From a bacterium (GTDB lineage: Bacteria; UBA8248): a stretch of 64,000 nt of DNA. The stretch lies in the NCBI GenBank assembly GCA_963692865.2, contig OY843592.1:3584001-3648000 (forward strand), read 5' to 3'. Below are positions 41,491 to 51,455 of the stretch, in pieces. The notes below the pieces were generated by a model, which saw only the letters and a list, made by a program, of their open reading frames with translations, did no database searches and had not been told where the DNA came from. The position numbers were made by a program, and so were the translations under genes. The number at the start of each line of letters is the position of its first letter. Within the stretch, counting starts at the first letter, position 1.

Positions 41491-42363
41491 ATGCTCAGCT
41501 TCGAATTCATATTGAACGCGCTCATCGCGGGCATCCTGCTGGGAGGCTTCTACGCCGCGATGAGCGCCGGGCTTTCGCTCTCCTTTGGCCTGCTCGACGT
41601 CGTGAACATCGCACATCCGGCCTTCATCATTTTCGGCTCCTATCTGACCTACTACGTAAACGAACACTTCGGGTTCGACCCGATACTCGCGGGCCTCGTC
41701 TTCGCGGTTCCCGCCTATTTCGTGGGCGTCGCGGTCTACAAAATCTATTACAACAGCTTCGAGAAGACGGGAGCGGAATCCCTGCGCGGACTGGTGTTTT
41801 TCTTCGGACTCTTTTTCCTCATCGAGGTCATCCTCATCATTACCTTCGGGGTGGACTACCGCCTCGTCCGCGCATTCTACATCGGCAAGTCCACCTCTAT
41901 CGGCTCGGTGGGAATCGCCTACCGTCTGTTCGTGCCATTCCTCGTGGGGGGGATACTCGCCGCCGTCCTGTACCTGTTTCTCACAAAAACCTTTTTCGGG
42001 CGCGCCATCATGGGCGTGGCGCAGGACAGCCTCGCCGTCCAGCTCATGGGGGTAGACCCGATTCGCATCAAGACGGTCGCCTTCGGCATCGGCATCGCCA
42101 CCGCCGTGATCGCCGGCTCGCTGCTCATCATCATCGGCCCGGTCGAGCCGACCATCGGGCGCGAATACATCGGCCGCGTGTTCGCGGTCACCGTCCTCGG
42201 CGGGCTGGGCAGCATGACAGGCACGCTCGTGGGCGGACTCATCCTGGGCGTCGCCGAGAGCTTCACCTCTTCGTTCTTCGGCCCCTCGTGGGCGCTGGCC
42301 GTCTCGTTCGGCATTCTGCTTATCTGTCTGGCGGTCCGGCCGTCCGGACTGTTCGGGAGATAA
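41491..42363 (+). CDS. livH: ABC transporter permease (LivH-like)
   Basis: GLSLSFGLLDVVNIAH, VLGGLGS and RPSGLFG motifs. Confidence 0.88.
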   Translation: MLSFEFILNALIAGILLGGFYAAMSAGLSLSFGLLDVVNIAHPAFIIFGSYLTYYVNEHFGFDPILAGLVFAVPAYFVGVAVYKIYYNSFEKTGAESLRGLVFFFGLFFLIEVILIITFGVDYRLVRAFYIGKSTSIGSVGIAYRLFVPFLVGGILAAVLYLFLTKTFFGRAIMGVAQDSLAVQLMGVDPIRIKTVAFGIGIATAVIAGSLLIIIGPVEPTIGREYIGRVFAVTVLGGLGSMTGTLVGGLILGVAESFTSSFFGPSWALAVSFGILLICLAVRPSGLFGR

Positions 42364-42367
42364 CTCC

Positions 42368-43327
42368 TTGAGCAAGGAAAGAAAGCTCTTCCTGATCGTG
42401 GCTGCGGTTCTGATCGTCGTATCATTCCTCATTACGACCCAGATGGAGAATCGCTTCTACTACAAGGCGGCATACGTCGTGTTGCAATACGTCGTCTTGG
42501 CCACCGCCTGGAATATCCTGGGCGGCTACACCGGCTACGTGAACTTCGGCACGGCGGGGTTCTTCGCCATGGGCGCCTACACCGCCGTCGCACTCATCAA
42601 GACATGGAAGCCGCCCCTATATTTGCTGCTCATCATGGGCGGCCTCGTCTCGGGCCTTCTGGGACTCGGCATCGGCTACCTCACTTTAAGACTCAAGGGC
42701 GTCTTCTTCTCCATTGCCACGCTGGCACTCGCCGTCGTTCTCCAGATGCTCATTTCGAACTGGAGTTATGTGGGCGGGGGCGCGGGCACGGCCATCCTGA
42801 AGCCCAGGAGCGTACCGCTCTTCTCGAACTACGACGAGTTCCTCTTCTTCGTCATGGCGTCGATCGCGGTGGTCTCCGTGGTCGTCGCCTGGCTCATCGA
42901 AAAATCCTGGATCGGGCGTGGAATGGCCGCCATCCGCGACAACGAGGAGGCGGCCGAGTGCATGGGCGTACCCATCCTCAAGCTCAAGCTGTTCGCCACC
43001 ACGGTGAGCGGCGCGCTGATGGGAATCGCGGGCGCGCCGTTTTCCTATTTCGTCGTCTACATCGAACCCACTTCGGCATTTCACCTGGACTACGCGGTGA
43101 ACAGCCTCGCCATGCCCATGATCGGCGGCACCACCACCTGGCTGGGTCCGCTGGTCGGCGCGGTTCTCGTGGGAACGGCCCAGCAGATAGCCACCGTCAC
43201 CCTCTCGTCCGAGATGAACCTGCTCATCGTGGGCAGCCTGCTCGTGGGGTTCGTGGTGTTCGCGCCCGACGGCCTCGTGGGCCTGTTCGGCAAAATCCGC
43301 GCGCGACTCGCGGGGAGGGAGGCGTGA
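42368..43327 (+). CDS. livM: ABC transporter permease (LivM-like)
   Basis: WNILGGYTGYVNFG, AIRDNEEAA and PDGLVG motifs. Confidence 0.88.
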   Translation: MSKERKLFLIVAAVLIVVSFLITTQMENRFYYKAAYVVLQYVVLATAWNILGGYTGYVNFGTAGFFAMGAYTAVALIKTWKPPLYLLLIMGGLVSGLLGLGIGYLTLRLKGVFFSIATLALAVVLQMLISNWSYVGGGAGTAILKPRSVPLFSNYDEFLFFVMASIAVVSVVVAWLIEKSWIGRGMAAIRDNEEAAECMGVPILKLKLFATTVSGALMGIAGAPFSYFVVYIEPTSAFHLDYAVNSLAMPMIGGTTTWLGPLVGAVLVGTAQQIATVTLSSEMNLLIVGSLLVGFVVFAPDGLVGLFGKIRARLAGREA

Positions 43328-44052
43328 TGAGCGACAACCTCCTCGACGTGCACGGCGTCACGAAGCGCTTCGGCGGATTCAGCGCGCTCACCAGAGTCGA
43401 TTTGCACGTGAAGGAAAACGAGCGCTTCGGCCTCATCGGCCCCAACGGCTCGGGCAAGACGACGATGATCAACTGCATATCGGGCGCTCTCGCGAACGAC
43501 GAGGGCAACATCGTCTTCGCAGGCCACGACATCACCAGGATACCCGCCTACCAGCGAACCCGCCTGGGCATCTCGCGCAGCTTTCAGATTCCCAAGCCGT
43601 TCGTCAGCATGACGGTGCTCGAGAACCTGTGCATCCCGCTCGAATACGCCGCCCACCAGCATTCCCACGGAGCCGATATCCAAGGCGAGGCCATGGAGAT
43701 ACTCGAGATCATGAGCCTCTCGGACAAGGCCGACGTACGCACCGGCGGACTCACCCAGATTGAACTGAGAAAGCTCGAACTCGCGCGCGCCATGGCAGCC
43801 AAGCCGAGGCTTCTCATATCGGACGAAGCCATGGCCGGCCTCTCCAACGCCGAGGTGGACGACATTCTCGAAATCCTCGTGCGCCTGAACGAGGAGGGCC
43901 TCACCGTCATCATGATCGAGCACATCATGCGGGCGGTCATGAGTTTTTCCGAGCGCATCGTCGTCCTCGACGCCGGCGAGAAGATCGCCGAGGGGACACC
44001 CGATGAGGTCGTCAACAACAAGGACGTGGAAAGGGCCTACCTTGGCGCATAG
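43327..44052 (+). CDS. livG: ABC transporter ATP-binding protein (LivG-like)
   Basis: GPNGSGKTT, RSFQ, DE..AGL and IEH motifs; start at MSDNLL. Confidence 0.9.
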   Translation: MSDNLLDVHGVTKRFGGFSALTRVDLHVKENERFGLIGPNGSGKTTMINCISGALANDEGNIVFAGHDITRIPAYQRTRLGISRSFQIPKPFVSMTVLENLCIPLEYAAHQHSHGADIQGEAMEILEIMSLSDKADVRTGGLTQIELRKLELARAMAAKPRLLISDEAMAGLSNAEVDDILEILVRLNEEGLTVIMIEHIMRAVMSFSERIVVLDAGEKIAEGTPDEVVNNKDVERAYLGA

Positions 44053-44773
44053 CATCGTCGTCGACAACGTATCCGCAGGCTACGGAGCCGTGCGCGTGCT
44101 TCACGAGGTCTCCATCAAGGTGAACGACGGGGAGACCGTGGTGCTGCTGGGCACGAACGGAAACGGCAAGAGCACGCTCATCAAGTGCATCATGGGCATC
44201 ATCCGGCCCGATGAGGGCGAGATATACCTGGAAGCCGACGGCGAGCGAATCGATCTGGCAGGTAGGAACCCCGAGGAGATCGTGAACCTGGGCGTCGCGC
44301 TCGTGCCCGAGGGAAGGCGCCTGTTCCCGCGCCTGACGGTGGAGGAGAACCTCCTGCTCGGCGCCTACCGCGAAGAAGCCCGCCGCGGCATCGACCGCAA
44401 CCTCGCCTTCGCCTTCGAGGCGTTCCCGGTTCTCGCCGAGCGCAAGAACCAACTCGCGGGCAGCATGAGCGGGGGCGAGCAGCAGATGCTGGCCGTGGCC
44501 CGCGCGCTCATGTCCGCGCCCAAGGTGCTCCTTGTGGACGAGCCCTCCGTCGGCCTGGCGCCCATTCTCGTGAGCCGGGTGATCGCCAAGATCCGGGAAC
44601 TGAAAGAAGAATACAATCTCACCGTCCTCATGGCCGAGCAGAACTTCAACCAGGCGGTCAAGATCGCCGACAGGGGCTACATCATCGTTCACGGGGAGAT
44701 CGCCTTCGCGGGCGAGAACACCGAAGCCCTCGCCGGCCACGAACTCGTGAAGAAATACTACCTCGGCGCGTGA
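44042..44773 (+). CDS. livF: ABC transporter ATP-binding protein (LivF-like)
   Basis: GTNGNGKST, VPEGRRLF, MSGGEQQM and DEPS motifs. Confidence 0.9.
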   Translation: MAHSIVVDNVSAGYGAVRVLHEVSIKVNDGETVVLLGTNGNGKSTLIKCIMGIIRPDEGEIYLEADGERIDLAGRNPEEIVNLGVALVPEGRRLFPRLTVEENLLLGAYREEARRGIDRNLAFAFEAFPVLAERKNQLAGSMSGGEQQMLAVARALMSAPKVLLVDEPSVGLAPILVSRVIAKIRELKEEYNLTVLMAEQNFNQAVKIADRGYIIVHGEIAFAGENTEALAGHELVKKYYLGA

Positions 44774-44866
44774 GGGGACGAGAAGCGTTTCGCGCACAGG
44801 TCATTCTCTTTTCCGTATCACCACCTCATTCGATAAAATTGTTCCTGCCCCGCTGATACGACGACG

Positions 44867-45298
44867 TCAATACCCCATTTCCCTGGCGGGGACGTCGGAG
44901 GCCACCTGTATGACGATGCCCTCGGTTTCATCGGGGTGCAGGAACAGGATTTCGTATCCTCTTGGCGTGTAGGTGCCAGGACCGAAGCCTTCGAGGAACT
45001 GCACTCCGCCATCGGTGAAATGCTTGCCTGCCGCGCCCGTATCGGGCGTCGAGAGCGCGATGTGCGAGAGGCAGGGCCCTCCGTTTCGCTCGAGCATCTT
45101 TGTATACAGGTTCTCCGGGTCGTAGGGCTGCATGATCTCGATTTCCACGTCGCCCATGCGCAGGAACGTGGCGTGCGCCCAGCCGGTGTCGGCCACCTGC
45201 ACGCGGTTCGGCTCGCAGCCGAGCTTTTCCTGGAACATCTTGGTGGTGCGCTCCATGTCATCCGTGATGAGGCCTACATGATGGATCTTCTTGAACAT
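44867..45298 (-). CDS. VOC family protein (methylmalonyl-CoA epimerase-like)
   Basis: KKIHHVG, IEIMQP, HIAL and FLHP motifs. Confidence 0.8.
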   Translation of the reverse strand: MFKKIHHVGLITDDMERTTKMFQEKLGCEPNRVQVADTGWAHATFLRMGDVEIEIMQPYDPENLYTKMLERNGGPCLSHIALSTPDTGAAGKHFTDGGVQFLEGFGPGTYTPRGYEILFLHPDETEGIVIQVASDVPAREMGY

Positions 45299-45580
45299 CG
45301 AAATACTCCCTGGATAATGAATGATCGCTAAAGCCGTACCGAAGAAAAACGACCCGGCATAAGAGACACACGCGCCCTGGAATGTCAAAAACTCCCCGGC
45401 GTCATACGCTCCGCGCATGAAACCGCTCGAAACGAAAAAGATGAAACTACCCCCCTTCTCACTTGTTGACACATAGATAGCGAGATTCTATGATCCCCGC
45501 ATCGCAACATATTCAAGGGATATTGGCATCAGCGCGTTTAGCGTCTTCATGTCATCTCATCATCACAAGGAGGAGCATTC

Positions 45581-46867
45581 ATGAGTCGTTTGGACAGAAG
45601 AAAATTCCTGAAAAGCGCAGGCCTCATCGGCGGCATCGTGGCCGCGCAGGCAGCGCCTCCCTTCCTGAGAGAGGGACTCGGCGCCCGGCCGATCAAATGG
45701 GGTTCCATCCATCCGACGACGGGCCCCTACTCCACCGAGGCTTTCGACCAGGTGGAAGGCGTCAAGATCGCCATCGAGGACGTCAACAAGGAAGGCGGCG
45801 TGGACGGACGCGAAATCAAGCTGCTCTTCCGCGACGACCAGTTCAAATGGGACCAGACCACCACGCACGCGCTCGACCTGATCGACAACCACAGGGTCGA
45901 CTTCATCGCGGGCTCCATGGTCGGCCCCGAGGAAATCCGCCTCAACGAGTTCTCCCGCAAGCGCAAGATCATCTATGCGAACTATCCCCAGCACATCCTC
46001 GCCACTCCGCAAAACGCGAATAAGATGTCGCCCCTGTTCTTCACGGCGAACACCACTCCATACCAGCTGGCGGCCAGTTCGCTCACCTATATCGCCGAGA
46101 ACAAGATCGGCAAGAAGATTCACTGCGTGTTCGACGACTACATCTGGCCCAAGATGTTCATCCCTGCCTTCAAAAAGCTGACGAAGGACTTCAACCTCAC
46201 CTGGAACGCGAACAGCTCCGTCTCCTGGGTACCCTTCCCGACCTCGATGGACTATTCCGCGACGTTCCCGAGAATCCTGAAAGAAAAGCCCGACGTCGTA
46301 TACGCGCTCAACTGGGGACAGCGCCAGGTCGCCTTCGTCAAGCAGGCGCGCGAAGCCGGTCTCGCCGATAAGGTGAAGATCGTCCTGGGCGCCACCGAGA
46401 TCACCATGCCCGAAGCCGCCGGCGCCGGTTCCTACCACGGATTTAACGCGGCGATGATGTGGCACCCCTCTCTCGCGAGCAAATATCCGGCCGCCAAGAC
46501 GCTGAACGACAAGTTCCTGGCGCGCCGCAAACGCCCGTGCTCGAGCTACGGAATGCTCGCCCACGACCTCACGCGGCTCATCCTGGACACGGCGAGAGAG
46601 ACCAAGCTCTACAAGCGCCGCGACCACTTCAAGCTCGCGAAGGTGCTCGAGGGCAAGAAGTTCCAGTACAGCAAGGGCGTGTGCCAGATTCGCGCCTGCG
46701 ACCACGTCTGCATCTCTGAAGTGTTCGTGATGCGCGGCAAGTCCAAGGCCGAGATGAAGGATAAATTCGATCACATCGAGGTCATCGGCTCCTCGAGCGG
46801 CGAGGGCAACACCGTCTCCTGCGAGGCGAAGGGCCTGAAAGGACCCGCCAGCGATAGGAAGGCCTAG
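45581..46867 (+). CDS. Tat-exported ABC transporter substrate-binding protein (Liv type)
   Basis: DRRKFLK twin-arginine motif; TGPYS, GGVDGR and IRACDH motifs. Confidence 0.88.
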   Translation: MSRLDRRKFLKSAGLIGGIVAAQAAPPFLREGLGARPIKWGSIHPTTGPYSTEAFDQVEGVKIAIEDVNKEGGVDGREIKLLFRDDQFKWDQTTTHALDLIDNHRVDFIAGSMVGPEEIRLNEFSRKRKIIYANYPQHILATPQNANKMSPLFFTANTTPYQLAASSLTYIAENKIGKKIHCVFDDYIWPKMFIPAFKKLTKDFNLTWNANSSVSWVPFPTSMDYSATFPRILKEKPDVVYALNWGQRQVAFVKQAREAGLADKVKIVLGATEITMPEAAGAGSYHGFNAAMMWHPSLASKYPAAKTLNDKFLARRKRPCSSYGMLAHDLTRLILDTARETKLYKRRDHFKLAKVLEGKKFQYSKGVCQIRACDHVCISEVFVMRGKSKAEMKDKFDHIEVIGSSSGEGNTVSCEAKGLKGPASDRKA

Positions 46868-46900
46868 GGATCGACGCTTCGAAGCGTTTCTGAAACGCCT

Positions 46901-46936
46901 GCCCGGGCGGCCGGAAATCCGGTCGCCCGGGTTTTT
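46901..46936 (+). terminator. Hairpin with U-tract after the binding-protein gene
   Basis: GCCCGGGCGGCCGG-AAAT-CCGGTCGCCCGGGT followed by TTTT. Confidence 0.6.
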
Positions 46937-47015
46937 CCTCAAGACGTTTGACAAAGGCCGCGTTTCATCCTAGACATTGCACTCTTGCGACTTCCCCGTT
47001 ATCGAGGAGCGTGTT

Positions 47016-47996
47016 TTGCCAACCGGCGGCGTTGAGTTTTCAGAGTTCGTCCAGCACCTGTTTCTGGGGCTGGTGCAGGGCTCTTTCTGGGTTCTCCTGG
47101 CCTTAGGCCTCTCGATCATTTTCGGACTCATGGGCATCATCAATTTCGGGCACGGCGCCTTCTACATGCTGGGCGCTTACGTGGGCTTCACGGTTTCGGA
47201 CCTCATCTTCTCGCCCTTTCTCGGACCAAACGTGGGCTTCATCGTGGCCCTCGCCTCCGTGCCTGTGGTCATGTTCGCCCTCGGAATGGTCTTTGAGAGA
47301 TACGTCATCAGCAGAATATACAATACGGAGAACGAGCGATTCTCGGGCGTTCTGATCATGTTCGGTATGTCCATCTTCCTGCCGGACTTCGTGCGTTTTC
47401 TCTGGGGCAGGCCGGGAAAACCCTTCAACATTCCGCCGATGTTCCAGTTCTCGCTCTTCAAGACGGGCACGCTCGACATCACGGCCTACAGGAGCTTCAC
47501 CATCATTACCGCGGCGATTCTCGTCGCCCTTCTCTGGGTGCTCATCTACAAGACGAACCTGGGGATGATGATCCGCGCGGGCACGAACAACAACACGATG
47601 GTGAAGGTACTGGGCATCAACGTGTCGCGCATCTGGCGCCTTACTTTCGGCTTGGGGATCGCACTGGCCGGATTCTCCGGCGTCATGATAGCGCCCCTGT
47701 TCGCGGTGGACGCCACGATGGGCGAACTGATTCTGGTGCAGACCTTCATCGTTGTCGTCGTCGGCGGCATGGGGAGCTTCATCGGCCCCGTTATCGGCGG
47801 GCTGATTCTGGGCCAGCTATGGGCGCTCACGCCCCTGGTGGGCAGAACCCAGTACGTGGTTCAAAACTGGACGGGTACTGTGATCGGCCCCGATTTCTGG
47901 GAAAAAGCGTCCGACATACTGCTCTTCATCGTGATGGCGGTAATACTTCTCTTGAGGCCAAGGGGGTTGTTCGGCCAGGAAGGCGCTTTTGACTAA
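47016..47996 (+). CDS. livH: ABC transporter permease (LivH-like)
   Basis: GLSIIFGLMGIINFGHG, VVGGMGS and RPRGLFG motifs. Confidence 0.88.
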   Translation: MPTGGVEFSEFVQHLFLGLVQGSFWVLLALGLSIIFGLMGIINFGHGAFYMLGAYVGFTVSDLIFSPFLGPNVGFIVALASVPVVMFALGMVFERYVISRIYNTENERFSGVLIMFGMSIFLPDFVRFLWGRPGKPFNIPPMFQFSLFKTGTLDITAYRSFTIITAAILVALLWVLIYKTNLGMMIRAGTNNNTMVKVLGINVSRIWRLTFGLGIALAGFSGVMIAPLFAVDATMGELILVQTFIVVVVGGMGSFIGPVIGGLILGQLWALTPLVGRTQYVVQNWTGTVIGPDFWEKASDILLFIVMAVILLLRPRGLFGQEGAFD

Positions 47997-48027
47997 ACAT
48001 CCGTTTCGTCTCGGGAGAGATTTTTAA

Positions 48028-49257
48028 GTGGACTCAACTGCTCCAAAAAACCGATTCACGCCCAAGGATTTCTGGGCCTGGCTCGCGGAAGTTTTCGACA
48101 ACTACGGAATACTGATACTCGCCGGTCTTCTGCTGGTGTACCCGTTCTTCTTCAGCGCCCTCAACGACTCGATCATCTGGCTCGAGGACAACGACTGGGA
48201 GGAAACCGCCGAGATAGTCGCGGAGATTCGCGGTTTCGTGCCGAGCACGCCTCTGATGATTCAGATTCTCATCTACACGCTGTTCGGCATCGCCTTCAAC
48301 ATCCTGCTCGGCAACACCGGAATGCTCAGCCTGGGCCACTGCGCGTTCTTCGGCGTGGGCGGCTACACCGTGGGCATCATGCACGCCTGGATCAAGCCCG
48401 GCACATACGCGCCCGACTGGATGGTCAGCGCCTTCAAGGTGCTGCCCCTCGAAATCTCGCTTATCACCTGCATCATCGTCTCCACTTTCGTCGCCTGGCT
48501 CATCGGCACCATTTGCAGCACGAAGCGCGGCGTGTATTTCGCGATGGTCACCCTCTCCATCAGCATGATCTTCTATTACTCCGCGCAGACGTTCGACGAC
48601 CTCACGGGCGGAACGGACGGACTGGGCGGTCTCGAGAACATGCGGCTGGGCTCCATCGGCCTTCGCGTGGGCATCATGGATGCGAACATCACCTATTATT
48701 TCGTCTTCTTCATAGCCGTCGTTTTCATCGCTCTCATATGGCAGGTGTTGCGCTCGCCGTTCGGCCATGTGCTGAGAGCGGTTCGCGAAAACGAGGATCG
48801 CGCGCGCATCTGCGGCTACAACGTGGCGAAAGTGAGGCTCATGGCATTCACGATGAGCGGGGCCATCTCGGGAGTCGCGGGCGCGCTGGCGATCATCTAC
48901 GGCGAGACAGTGCCTATCGAAAACATCCACTTCATCACTTCGGGACAGATCGTCATCATCACCCTCTTCGGAGGTGCGGGCACCTTCCTGGGGCCAGCGG
49001 TGGGTTCGTTCATCTACTGGTATTTGAGGCAGTTGATGAGCGTGGAGTTCGTAAAATACCTGGACATCTTCCAGTATTGGGAAGCGTGGGTAGGCGGCAT
49101 CTTCGTACTGATCGTGCTCTTCGTGCCCTCGGGCATTCTGGGCACCATCCGCAACATGACGCTCGAATACCGCGAGAAGAAACTGTTGACGAAAAAAGCC
49201 GTGGAGAATTTTCTGGCGAAAAAAGCCGAGGCCGAGACGCCCGCGGACACGGAATAA
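48028..49257 (+). CDS. livM: ABC transporter permease (LivM-like)
   Basis: GNTGMLSLGH, YFAMVTL, TGGTDG and AVRENE motifs. Confidence 0.88.
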   Translation: MDSTAPKNRFTPKDFWAWLAEVFDNYGILILAGLLLVYPFFFSALNDSIIWLEDNDWEETAEIVAEIRGFVPSTPLMIQILIYTLFGIAFNILLGNTGMLSLGHCAFFGVGGYTVGIMHAWIKPGTYAPDWMVSAFKVLPLEISLITCIIVSTFVAWLIGTICSTKRGVYFAMVTLSISMIFYYSAQTFDDLTGGTDGLGGLENMRLGSIGLRVGIMDANITYYFVFFIAVVFIALIWQVLRSPFGHVLRAVRENEDRARICGYNVAKVRLMAFTMSGAISGVAGALAIIYGETVPIENIHFITSGQIVIITLFGGAGTFLGPAVGSFIYWYLRQLMSVEFVKYLDIFQYWEAWVGGIFVLIVLFVPSGILGTIRNMTLEYREKKLLTKKAVENFLAKKAEAETPADTE

Positions 49258-49269
49258 CGGAAAGATAAA

Positions 49270-50004
49270 ATGCCTATCCTGGAAACCAAAAGCCTGAGCA
49301 AGCACTTCGACGCCCTCGTCGCCGTGGACAGCGTGGACTATGCGGTCGATTCCGGCGAGCTGCGCTCCATCATCGGACCCAACGGCGCGGGTAAAACGAC
49401 TTTCTTCAACATGATTGCGGGCGACCTGCTCCCCACGTCGGGACAGGTCATCTTCGACGGCGAGGACGTATCGGAAGTACCCGCCCATGAGCGCTCCCAT
49501 CTGGGCATCGGCCGCACCTACCAGATCACCAATATCTTCCCGAAACTGAGCGTGCTGGAGAACATCCGCATCGCCGCGCAATCGCGCAAGATGACGTTCA
49601 ACCTCTGGTCGACCGTTCCCAGCCACAAGGAATTGCTTGAAAAGGCGGACCAGATAATCGAGCGCATCAATTTGACGGAAAAGCGCGACGAACTCGCCGG
49701 AACGCTCGCGCATGGCGAGCAGCGCTATCTCGAAATCGGGATCGCGCTCGCCACCGATCCGAAGCTGCTTCTACTGGATGAGCCGACAGCGGGCATGAGC
49801 CCCGAGGAGACGATCCAGACGGGCGAGTTCATCAAGGGCCTGGCCGACCCGCTCACCATCGTGCTCGTGGAGCACGACATGGAGGTGGTACTGGGCATTT
49901 CGGACAAAATCACCGTGCTGCACAACGGCGCCTTTCTCGCCGAGGGCACGGTGGAGGAAGTTCGCGCGAACGCCGAGGTTCAGCGCGTATACCTGAGGGA
50001 ATAA
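49270..50004 (+). CDS. livG: ABC transporter ATP-binding protein (LivG-like)
   Basis: GPNGAGKTT, DEPTAGM and VEHDM motifs. Confidence 0.92.
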   Translation: MPILETKSLSKHFDALVAVDSVDYAVDSGELRSIIGPNGAGKTTFFNMIAGDLLPTSGQVIFDGEDVSEVPAHERSHLGIGRTYQITNIFPKLSVLENIRIAAQSRKMTFNLWSTVPSHKELLEKADQIIERINLTEKRDELAGTLAHGEQRYLEIGIALATDPKLLLLDEPTAGMSPEETIQTGEFIKGLADPLTIVLVEHDMEVVLGISDKITVLHNGAFLAEGTVEEVRANAEVQRVYLRE

Positions 50005-50708
50005 TGCTCGAAGTCGATTCCATCAACACGTTTTACGGTTTGAGCCACGTGCTTCACGACCTGAGCCTCAAGGTGGGCGAAGGCGAGGCCGTGGCCTTCC
50101 TCGGCAGGAACGGGGCGGGCAAATCCACCACCATGAAGACGGTTATGGGTCTGCTGACGCCCAGCACCGGCAAAATCACCATGGAGGGAGCCGACATCAC
50201 CGAAGCGGAGGCGCACACCGTCTCGCTCGCGGGGATTTCATGGATCCCGGAAGATCGCCAGGTGTTCACCAACCTAACCGTGTATGAAAACCTTAAAATC
50301 AGCCGCATCCCCATTGACGGCGCGAAGGACCTGGACGCGCACCTCGACTGGATTTTCTCCCTCTTCCCGCGTCTCAAGGAACGCATCAACAACAAGGGGA
50401 ACCAGTTGAGCGGCGGCGAGCAGCAGATGCTCACCATGGCGCGGGGACTCGGCACGGAGCCCAAACTCATCATGGTGGACGAGCCCACCGAGGGCCTGAT
50501 GCCCGCCTACGTCGAAACCATCGAAAACGTGCTGGTGGAGATCCAGAAAAAAGGCATCGCCATCCTGCTCGTGGAGCAGAACTTCCGCATGGCGCTCAGC
50601 ATCACCAAGCGCGCCTACCTCATCGAAAAAGGCGTCATCCAGTGGGAAGGCGCTTCCGCCGACCTGCTCGAAGACCAGGAAACCCGCATGCGGTATCTGG
50701 GCGTCTAA
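50004..50708 (+). CDS. livF: ABC transporter ATP-binding protein (LivF-like)
   Basis: GRNGAGKST, LSGGEQQM, DEPTEG and VEQN motifs. Confidence 0.92.
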   Translation: MLEVDSINTFYGLSHVLHDLSLKVGEGEAVAFLGRNGAGKSTTMKTVMGLLTPSTGKITMEGADITEAEAHTVSLAGISWIPEDRQVFTNLTVYENLKISRIPIDGAKDLDAHLDWIFSLFPRLKERINNKGNQLSGGEQQMLTMARGLGTEPKLIMVDEPTEGLMPAYVETIENVLVEIQKKGIAILLVEQNFRMALSITKRAYLIEKGVIQWEGASADLLEDQETRMRYLGV

Positions 50709-50769
50709 GCGATTCACATAGAAACCCCGCAGAATTTCCCGGCTTAACGCAGACCAGGGAGGAGACGAT

Positions 50770-51195
50770 ATGGATCAGCGTCTCAGCATCGTCACCCTGG
50801 GCGTGGACGATCTTGCGCGTTCGCGCGCGTTCTACGAGGCGCTCGGCTGGCGTGTTGCGAGTGAAGAGAACGCCGGTTCCATCGTCTGCTTCAGCCTCAA
50901 CGGAATCGGTTTCGCGCTTTATCCGCGCGACAAACTCATCGAGGATATCGGGCCAGAGGTCGGAAGCGGAGAAGCGACCGGCGCGGTCACCCTGGCCTAC
51001 AACGTCCGCACGCGCGAGGAAGTCGCCAAAGTGCTTGATGAAGCCGAACGCGCAGGCGGCACCATCATCAAGCCGGCGCAGGAACTTTTCTGGGGCGGCC
51101 ATTCGGGGTATTTCCAGGATCCCGACGGGCATTATTGGGAAGTCGCCTGGAACCCCTTCTCACCACTCGATGATAAGGGAAACTTCGCCTGGTAG
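50770..51195 (+). CDS. VOC family protein
   Basis: TLGVDDL, TLAYNV and WGGHSGYFQDPDGHYWEVA motifs. Confidence 0.9.
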   Translation: MDQRLSIVTLGVDDLARSRAFYEALGWRVASEENAGSIVCFSLNGIGFALYPRDKLIEDIGPEVGSGEATGAVTLAYNVRTREEVAKVLDEAERAGGTIIKPAQELFWGGHSGYFQDPDGHYWEVAWNPFSPLDDKGNFAW

Positions 51196-51244
51196 CCGTT
51201 GGTGGGTCACTACTTCCTCGTCAGTCGGTGCAATCGCGCTCTCC

Positions 51245-51435
51245 AGGGCTGTTGCCCCCCTCCGCCTCATCCTGAGTAGCGGCGAAGCCGCGTATCGAAG
51301 GATGTGCTCTCGCCCCGGCGCGAGGCATTCGACTCCCCTCGCCCTTCGATACGCCGCCTTCGGCGGCTACTCAGGGTGAGGAAAGAGGCGTTGGCGGTTT
51401 GTGGGAATCGCAGACGGGGCTTTTTCAACAACCCC
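51245..51435. mobile_element. TIR mini-element (left end truncated) carrying the CCTCATCCTGAG doublet
   Basis: AGGGCTGTTG...TTTTTCAACAACCCC; inner doublet at 51265-51381. Confidence 0.6.
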
Positions 51436-51455
51436 TCCCCAATCGCGATTGACCC